Source: Yuukianura sp. NJ FZ-2021
Taxonomy: Eukaryota
Assembly (NCBI GenBank): GCA_046563655.1
Contig: CM102283.1
Location: 8,246,001 to 8,310,000 of the forward strand
DNA: 64,000 nt
Direction: 5' to 3'
The notes under the pieces were generated by a model. It saw only the letters and a list, made by a program, of their open reading frames with translations. It ran no database searches and had not been told where the DNA came from. Positions within the stretch are counted from its first letter, which is position 1. Each line of letters starts with the position of its first letter. Shown here in pieces: positions 54,756-64,000 of this stretch. Position numbers and translations under genes: made by a program.

Positions 54756-55394
54756 AACTAAACTTTGAGTTCACTGCCGAAAACACTTCAATTATCAATT
54801 GACTAAAGTGTTATTTTCTAGTAGATTAGGTTCGTTCGTTAAGCCCATTCTGAAACCTTCCATTTCCTATATTCTAAGTTTATAAACTGGAGGAACCATC
54901 ATGAGAGCTACAGTTTGACTCTGGACATTCTTAAATTTTCGTATATTCCGAGAGTACTAATAAACAAGCCATAAAATCCATGTTTTAACAACTTTCACTT
55001 AACTTTACACGATTTACTAAACAGAAACATAGTGTAATAAATTATTTAAAACTGAAGCGACAAAATTTTTAGAAAGGCGAAAGAGAAACAATTTGTGAGA
55101 AAACTGAACTGAAGCAGTACGATATACGCAACTTGTGCAACGAATCTGCTCAATTCATCTTAGCAATAAATTAAATATATACATAGCCTTACCACACTAA
55201 AACTGCTATCGATTTAACATAAAGTTGAAAAGCATACAGTATCAATCTTTACCAAAGTATTAAGAAGCTGAAATAGCTTTCAGAATGATAATTTGATTTG
55301 ATAGTTTTCATGTCGTTTTTCGATCCTTCGTTATCACTTTCGATTTCCTCTGAACAGTAACATAACGAGTCCAAATGAGGTCAATAACGCCTGC

Positions 55395-57565
55395 TTAATT
55401 GTTTGGAGGTGCTGGAGGTTCTGAATTGAATGAAGCAAAAGGTGGATCAGATCTTGGTCGTGGAATGACCCCCCATCGAGTCAAGGTCGGTGCAATGAGG
55501 ATATTGTTGTAGAGACACATGCCACAGAGGAGGATGAGAAAGCCAATGAGCTGAACGTAGTTGAACTGTTGCCATTGGACACAGAGTGACACGATCCAAA
55601 TCACCATCGTCCGAAGAGAGTCTGAAACAGTAGTCAAATATTAAACAACTTGACTCATCGTGGAATTTAAAGCGACTCTTTTATTATGTAGTACCTAAGA
55701 CCATGCGTGTCGTGGCACTCAATTCCTAAAAAAAACAAGTGACATGTGAATGACTCATTAACTATTTAGTCATAGAAGTTAACATGAACTTACTTTGGTG
55801 ACAGAGATACCAGCAAAGTTGAAGAATGCGATGGAAACGATTGTGCCTGTAAGGTTAACGTAATCGTTAGGAATAGGATTTCGTATACATGAGCTTTTCA
55901 GTTAACTTTTTAAGGATTTACCGGTAAATGCCACAACGAGAAGTGGATTGTTGTGAAGCTGGGCAAATGCGTCCAGGGCATCTTCCAGTGCAAATCTAGG
56001 TTCATGTCCGAATGGAAATGGAACGATAATGAAGTACATTGGAATCAGCAGAATACTTAAAATGAAGAATCCAAAGAATCCTTCCAAACCAACCGCCATC
56101 AATGCTGTATAAAACAAAAAGGAAAAAGTCATTTTTGTTGGAAAGCTGTAAAGTAAAGTGTATTTTCATGCCTGGAACGTTGTGTTTGTTGACAAACTTT
56201 TCTTCGTATGTCATTTGGCAAGCGGAAATAATCTGAGCCAAGATGATCAGAAGGTCCCCTAAAAACATTAACGCCAATGTTAACACAGTTATGATGGAAC
56301 TGGAACAGACTAGTAAAGTTTACTTGTAGTTGTAAGTAGCGAAGCAACTTACCTGTGATTATACTGTTTGTGTTGTGGAGTTCAGTAGTTGACGGGAACA
56401 TAATGTCCGCTGTTACCAAAAAGCAAGAGTCAAAATTTCCGAAACGAAACAAGAAAATATTGGTGTTGTGATTTGTGAAGATGTTATTATATCAAGAACC
56501 TTACCTCCCCCAACTAATCCCAGTCCCACCAAAATCGTTAGGATCCCTGCGCAATACGTTTTTGATAAAAACTGTTGTTTGTCGAATTCAAATGCTTTTA
56601 TATTATTGTTGTAGCCTAAGTCTCACCGAACCATTGAACAGATTTAAGTACTTTGTCCAGAAACATCATAGAGAAAATTCCAGTGAACATGATGACGGAT
56701 CCTCGTAGCCTTAAAGTAAATGTTGCAAATTGTTCAATCCATCATGTTGTCAAAACAAGACAATTTTTAGATACTATTTAGAATCTTACATTTGAAAACT
56801 GCTGGCATGAGTCATGTTGAGGCCAACGTACATCAACGAAGTAGCAATCATGTCACACATTGCGGGAGGCAAAAACTAAAAGATGTTACACATTTCTTTA
56901 GATTAGTACTACTTGATGATTTAACGTAACTTTCGTACAATGAATTTGTTGAAGTCAGCATTTCCTTGAATTAAAGGTACTACGTCCCCAAGCTCACCCT
57001 GTGGAAGGTATAACAGAACGATAGTTTGCAAGTTATCAATTCAATTGAAGTTTAGTACAATTCATCTGAAACTGGGCTCACCGATCTTCTTCGCTTGTAA
57101 AATACTATAACTTTAAAGGCGATTAGGCAGAGCAGTTCACCTGTAAATAGCATTCATCTTGTCATTCCATCAGTTCGTATCTATCATAAGTAATGTGGCC
57201 AGTTGCGTTGCTTACCAAGAAACATAGCTGAGGCTATAAGGAAAAAAGTCATTTTACATTACATAACAAAACCACTATAGCACGGGCTTTTGATAACTAA
57301 CTATGAATTGCGGTGGCACCAACTAAAAGATGTCAAACGAACCTTGGACGAAGGGGTGATTAAACAACCTGACAACTCCATCCGATCCAGCGGAAGACAT
57401 CTTATCCGCCCACCTAAACACGAAATTGATTAAGTTTTTGGAAACAAGGTCAAGCAAAGGTCAATTTTTGCAGGACGAGTTCACTTACTTGGTTGTCAAA
57501 GTGTTCAATGATCCCGTTACGACCATGATCACGGCAATTAAAAGATGCTTCTGAGACCAAGCCAT
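55395..57565 (-). CDS. SLC35F6: Solute carrier family 35 member F6 (Tango9-like), about 14 short exons
   Basis: MAWSQKHLLIAVIMVVTGSLNTLTTKWAD...FNHPFVQASAMFLGE...FLPPAMCDMIATSLMYVGL...ASSFQMLRGSVIMFTG...SIAFFNFAGISVTKELSATTRMVLDSLRT. Confidence 0.94.
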
Positions 57566-58588
57566 TGTTCAAACGATGTTTCAAAATTCAAACGCTCGCT
57601 TATACTTAAGCACTACGTCGTAATACTCCAAGTTCCGGGATATCCTATTATACAATGCAAAAATTTGAGGTTACAATATTCAGTATAAACGTAACCTTGA
57701 ACATTCACCTCACCAGTACATAAACTACTGCTGAAAATCAGAATAACTGGACTCGTTTTATGGTTTTGTTACCCCGCTTTTGTTTTTCAACCAGTTCAAT
57801 CCTAGGCTCAGCCGTTCGTTGCTAATCCAAAAACGCCCCTGGGGTTTGTTATCTCAAACGAGGGAGCAGTTAGCAGCTCTTTGAGTATTTTGACCTCTGG
57901 ACTGAAGCTGATGACTAATCTCAAATTAATTTAAAGGGTTAGCCAACGACAACTTACGGAACCATCCAAAATCAGCCGGAGACGATGATAAATTAAATCA
58001 AGGAAAACAACAAATAAAGTTGAAGATGTTTTGGAATTCTCAATTAGAATTGAATCATATGCGATTCATAATGAATTTCCCCCGGGAAATTACATCTGAA
58101 TGGAAAATTAGGTTGGGGTAAGCTATAATTGCATGCATGTGACCACCTAACAAAACATTGACAGATTTGTAACTACAGTGGTTTATTTTGCATTTGCATG
58201 GTTATTGGTTACACATTTTTCACCATAAAGCAGTTGTTTCATTGGAACCACTTGCTGTAACCATCTGGTGATTACGCAAATGCGTGAATTTGGAACGCAG
58301 TAATACCGTATCAGTTGGATTGACTGTTCCTCTGACACTTTGTTGGGTTTGGTAAGCATCAGAATTCTGAGGATTAGACACATTTTCCATACCGCATATC
58401 ATATCTATCCAAATTCACGGACATAGCTGAACACCATGTGATTACAACGTATGCAATTCCGTGTTACGTTAACCCAAGATCACTCTTTTTCGATTTGTTT
58501 TTGTTGTCGTTTGTCGGTTTGTCGCTGTTGTTGTTGTTGTAAGTTAGCGCTCTTTTGTCGTTTTGTCCAGTGGTCATTTCGATCCAGA

Positions 58589-60189
58589 ATGGCGGAAGAA
58601 ACAGAGGCCGTAAAGGATATGTTCCATCGTACGTTGGGGTCAAGCCCTTCATTTCTAATAATCAATCTCCAGGATGAAGTCGTCCGTTACGAAGCAGCAG
58701 AAAAGAGAGGTCTTTGGAGAGGTCCGGACAAGTTGAGTATACTCGTAAAGAAGATCGAAGTAAGTGAAATGTACACAGTGTTGTTTTAAATGGATTTGTG
58801 GATTTAAAATAAACCAGTTTCTTCTTTCTCTTTAGTATCTAGGTGGTCGCGCTACTTTACTTGAAAACGTACAGGAGGTCAGGAATGGATCTGACATCCC
58901 ACTGGTCTTCGTGTCAACTAATATCGCACACAATGAGCTGGCGTTGAAGAAATGGCTCCACATGGCAGATCAACATGGTCGCTGTTTTGATATCTTCCAT
59001 GAAAACTTTGTTCATGACATAATCGAATTTGGGGAAGTTGGACTCCTAGAACACTATTTGTAAGTAATTTGGCAAAAATGCTGCGTTATCGTAGTAATTT
59101 CGATTTTGATAAGCAGAAAGTCGATAAACATCAAACTACGATTTAAGACAGTGATATTCTCTTTAGGATAAAACCGTCGATGTTTAAAGCCGGAGCTTAC
59201 ACTGGACAACAGATCCTGTCAGGAAGTTTCAAATGGAGAAACTTTGCTTTCGACAAAGAAGATTCGGATTCTTCGTCTTCAGAGTCGGAAGCTGATCGGT
59301 ACGTTAAGTATCGTAATCGTGACAAATCTCGAGTCACACCTCGACAGGCTCCTCCTCCTCCCTTAGTCTCGCCGGTACCGATCAACCCGCCATGCACGTC
59401 AAAATCTGTTAAGCTGGAGGCTTCCTCTGATCGAGATGCAACTCCTCAAACTTTCGACCACTTTGACTTCAACGACCCAACGTCCTTGGTATCTCTAAAT
59501 CTCAATGAACAAGAATCAGACAGCGTGAGTACTTTCGAAGAGAGCGACGAGGATTCCCACGATAGAGTGCCGGCACGAGCTACAGCCAAACGAACTGCAA
59601 CTGGTCGGAGCATGTTGGATTCACCACCCACTGCCAGAGCTCGTCGTGTGAGCCCTATCCGAGACTCACCACCGGCTTCTCCTCCTCCTCCTCCTAGTCC
59701 TAATCGGTAATGTTGAATGATTATTTCAATTTCAATGTGAAGAATAGAATGTAGACCGCCGTAAAGAAAAGAATTGACTTTTGAAATTTTGAACAGCAAG
59801 AACCGTGGAGGGGCACCTCCTGGGCCAAAACTGCCTAAAATAAATCCGGAGGATCAACAGCAAATACTGAATTACATCATTGACAATAATGAATTCTATC
59901 GGATCAAGGGGAGATCGCTGTACCAGGAGATGGCCCAGGCCAACGTAAGCCAACAGTACATTACAATGCACAAGTCGGAGGCGGAGCGGATCTGCCTAGT
60001 AACTACGTACAGGACCATGTCACTCAATGTCATGTTTGCTTCTTTTTTCTGTAGATCCTTCCTGGACGCACTTATGAGACTCTAAGTAACCATGTGAGAC
60101 GGATTCTTCTCCGTCGCGACGTGTTTGAGCAATTCGGTCGTCACATTGACCCAATCGCCCGTGCCAAATTTGAGCGTCACCTTTTTTGA
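58589..60189 (+). CDS. BRCT-like plus Rap1-type Myb domain protein (telomeric RAP1/TERF2IP-like), 5 coding exons
   Basis: N-terminal LVKKIEYLGG...IFHENFVHDIIEFGEVGLLEHYL (BRCT-like), Ser/Pro-rich linker, and EDQQQILNYIIDNNEFYRIKGRSLYQEMAQANILPGRTYETLSNHVRRIL (Rap1 Myb-like). Junctions are in-phase GT-AG. Confidence 0.62.
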
Positions 60190-63100
60190 CTGGTTTGTAA
60201 CTTTTTTTCCAAATCAAGACCAACTTTAATCGATTCACTTTTAACTGCTAACAATCATCACGCTCAGGTTAAAATATTTTTAAAAAAGTACCGACGCATG
60301 AGTTCTCATTTCCAAACCTTCTAAGAGGTGTCTACACGCATCTTCTAGTAAACCCGGCTTTATTTTTTCAAAGGAGACTGGAGAAAGGAAGAGCTGGAGG
60401 ATGCGTTTTCTCCAGGAGAGCAAAAACTATCGATTCCGTCCCGCATAAACAAATACGCTGAAACTTCTATTTCTGGACTTCAGTTCACTTTCTCCAGTTC
60501 TCCAGGAACGTTCGAACTAATCTTATCTACACCGGAACTTTCTCCACGCGTACTTTTCTCTCTCATTTTACTTCCAACCCTCCAAAATTCTAACAACAAA
60601 TCAATAGAATCAACAAAACTTTTATCTTTTTTGAATTTTCTATTTGAACAAACTACACGAAGAAACTTCCAGCTTTTATTCTGAAAGTACAACTCTACTA
60701 GCACGCAGCCCAACTTTTTAGAAACTTCTAAAGGAGAGACTTTGATTTTTTTTATTTTTAGAAAAACTCCAACGCTCAACTTCTCCAGCTATCTCAAGGA
60801 ACTTCAAATTCATCCAGTAGTGAAAACAAATCAACTGCTTAATTTCTACTCCTCTGGAACAATGATCACTCTCTATAATGCTAAAAGAGACTTCTGAAAC
60901 TTAAATTATTCCGGTAAGACAATAAACTTTCGTTTTATGCATAATTTCTCTCTTAAGATTTCAATCGTTGGTCTTGTGAGAGACGGAGAGGATCGAGGAA
61001 TGAATTCGAAATGAGAAATCAACAAACTTGATTCCTACTTTTCAATTGACAACTAATCAGGAAATGCTTGGGTTTCTTGTGATGCTGCTGGAAATCTAAG
61101 TTAGGTTAACATTTTGTAGTCTTAAGTTTCTGCAGGAGAAAGCACAAATTTGAGTTTCCTGATTGAGACTTTCTAACTCCGGGAAAGTTAAAAGCGGACA
61201 AAGAAAAAGCGAAGTTCAAACAAGGTTTTTGTTTCATCGTTTTCTGTTTTGGAGTGAAAGCGAACCGTATTTCTAGAAATTAGATTTTGTCGTGACTCTT
61301 GTTTCAAAATTTTGAAAGGAGCAGAGGGCAGCCTAGTAACTGTCTTGTTCTAAAATTTTGAAAAGAGCGGGAGTATCTTTTTAGATGAAGATGAAACTGT
61401 CTAATTATGATCTTCTCCCCACTTCTTGGATGTTACACATGTAAAAGCTTACTATACTGCCAGTACTACTGCCGTTACCGAGGGAGATCCATCCAGGAAG
61501 AAAATTATTCCGAAAGAGAAAGTTTCCCTGTCTACATGTAAATCCACTGGATGCAAATTTTCACATAAGCAAAGCAGCAGCCTACCACCATCTGCTGCTT
61601 CCTTTCTCTCCTGCTTTCTTGAACAGACTTTTTCAAAAAGTACACAAAAATTAGAATTTTTTTGAACCTTGTTTGTTCAAACTAAAGGAAGAAAAAGGAA
61701 AAAATTCTATGAAAAGTTTTTGTCTAGTTTCTAGAAGAAAGAAGTTGTTTTCAGGCTTTGAACTTTCACCTAAAAAGTTGGAGCGGGGCTTTCACCCGTC
61801 TTGTTAGTACTGCTGGATGCTGGGCTAAAAAATGAAAAACGAGTGGGCTAACTTGGATGCTGGAGAAGTAGTTGTGTAAAGTTGGGTTCCGAAACCAATC
61901 AAGCTAATCGAAATGTGCTGTTTAGGAAGATCAAGCATTCTAAAGTACTGCCAGCACATGGGGTAGTTTTAGGAGAAACTGGAAGTTTGAAAGTAAAAGT
62001 CCATTATAAAAGGAAATTAAGTACAGAAGCTTTTCCAGGATTTCCGGAAAAGCCATGATCTCTTTTCAGAGCATTTGGAAAACATTTTCGAAATGGAATT
62101 CAATATGATTCTGGAGGATAGTTGTTTTTGTTTACAGAAATGGAACTTTTTTGTGCAAAAGTGGTGCTTAATTTTTGAAATGACTTTTTCTTGTTTAGTA
62201 TCTCCTAAGATCTTAGAATTTCTGGAGTTTTTGTAAGGTTTAGTCTGTGCTTGGTTGTAAATGCTAATTTTGTTTAAGTTCCCAAATGGGAAATTTCAAG
62301 CTTCCTGAGTTGTAAAATGCTAAGTGTTTTGTACTATGTAATTTTGTCAACACTTTCAAAAGTAAGCTAAAGCAGAAAATGTATCTCTTCAGCAAAGTGG
62401 ATGATCTCTGTTTCCAGGTTCTGCATTTTATTGCTAAGAATTTGAGTACTAAAACTAGGCACGATTTGACTATTAATTTCAGCACAAATGTGGAATGTAC
62501 AGAGCGATTTTGTAGAAATTTCAAGGTGGAAGTGGTGAAATTTTGGCGGGAAATGTACCTTTACAGAATGAAATTTAAAAAAGATAAAAAATAAAGAAGC
62601 ACCGCATTTCCCGGGGTTTTGTTTTTGAATTTTTGTTAATTTTTTTGAATTTTTGTTTCCTGTTGCTAGAAATAGGAGGAAAAAGAAAAAGATATTTGGG
62701 GAATTTCTAATTTGGCGCCAAAGTTTTTTTGAAGGAAATTTGGTGGATTAAACTTTCACTTCCGGAGGGAAAGCTTTTACAAAAATTGTCTGTTATAAAT
62801 GTAACCTTACAAGAATTTTTTTTATTAGACTGGATTTTCTACTTAGTTACTCCCTCCACCACAGTCTGAATCCTCCTTTCATTTCCACTTTTCATTTTTA
62901 CTTCTTTCACTTTTCTTCCATGTTGCATTTCGAAAAGTGGATTTTCATTTCGTTTTATTATCCACCAAAAACGGGCGAAAGTTTTGTAAGGTTTTTCCTT
63001 AAACTGCTGTACTTTCTCACACTTTTTTTTTCATTTTTTCAAAAAAATGCAAGACGGAACACGAGAAAGAGAAAGTAAGAAAATCCTAGAAACTTTTGGC

Positions 63101-64000
63101 CTTTAAGCTCTAAACAATGGGCGGGGTGGAATGGAACTACATACTACAGTGTGATTTTTTTAGTCGTCTACGAACGGAAGTCTTCAGACTTTTCTATTCT
63201 CACATTTCACTTTTTTTTTACTTTTAGTTTTTTTTCCTGCTGCAGCAAGCGATATCGCTGCTTCTCCACCGTCGTTGCTGCCGGAAGCGAATCTGCACTC
63301 CCTCGACGTCTTTTTGCAGCAAAAACTTCCTGCCACCACCGCAGTGCTGCTGGAACACCACCAAAAAACTTTCACTTTTCCATTAAGCTTTTTTTCTAAA
63401 AACATTTTTTCGATTTCATTTAACCCGCCACTTTAGTTTTTTTTTGTTCAAGGAAAATGTGAAGGAAATTCTGAAAATGCACAAAAAATAGAGTGGAACG
63501 AAGCAGTTGTGGTTAAGCGTACAGCTTCTTTTTTCGGAAACAGTAGAATTAGACACCATTTTCCGGAAGTGTTTACAATCCTCATAAAACTTTGTTCTCT
63601 TTTTATTTTTTAATCTTGAACTTTGGCGCTTCAAAGTTGTATAAACTTGCAACATTTTCATTGAGATTGAGTTTTGTACAAAGCTCAAGTAAGTGTTGGG
63701 GTTAGGGTGAAAGCAAAGCAATAAAAACTGCTTGTTTTGTACAATTTTGTGTCTGTAGCTTTACTACAAAGTAAAATCCTTGTGAGTCAGAGTGTGTATA
63801 TGTGAGGATGGTAAGAAAATTTTATTTTATGGCGGGTTGCAGTGTATCCTTATAGTACAGAATTGTACGGGGAGAATTAAGAGGCTGATCCTGTGGGCGT
63901 CCTTGGGCTTATGTGAAGGTTGTTATAATGGGCTTCTTACTTAACTCCATGGAACATAAACTCTGGAGTCCAGAAGGCTGGTGCAGGAAAGAGAAAGCGG

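Noticed and set aside
55280-55394. Extra last exon or stop readthrough for SLC35F6
   Set aside because: An acceptor-like CAG exists near 55350, but no convincing donor precedes the TAA stop.
60200-64000. Short ORFs and scattered GTTAGG/TAACCT motifs as genes or telomeric arrays
   Set aside because: ORFs have low-complexity K/F-rich composition and TTAGG units are not in tandem arrays.

Overview
Eukaryotic, AT-rich arthropod DNA with very short introns (mostly 60-100 nt). The style and the F-box/LRR gene suggest a springtail-like hexapod, which is inference only. Two gene-dense blocks flank a ~20 kb gene-poor stretch. Block 1 (1.8-22.6 kb) holds Rop/Munc18 (-), TMEM268 (-), an F-box/LRR gene (+), a Roadblock/LC7-like gene (+), GCLM (+), TRUB2 (+), a DEK-C/SWIB gene (+) and SURF4 (-). 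The 23-43 kb stretch holds two adjacent PIF/Harbinger-type MITEs, minisatellites and coding-like relics. Block 2 (43-60 kb) holds a GT31 beta-1,3-galactosyltransferase (+), GAPVD1 (-), NOP58 (+), SLC35F6 (-) and a RAP1/TERF2IP-like gene (+). Main hunt results: (1) a spliced 54-aa microprotein gene with lipidation and Cys-cluster motifs, nested antisense in a TRUB2 intron and missed by the ORF track; (2) the F-box gene appears to use a duplicated copy of the GCLM promoter and spliced 5'UTR; (3) duplicated alternative last exons in TMEM268; (4) a RAP1-like protein with no C-terminal RCT domain; (5) TRUB2 without the catalytic Asp; (6) a cluster of perfect ecdysone-response/nuclear-receptor elements. 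All gene models were spliced by eye and names come from recognised motifs, not database searches.
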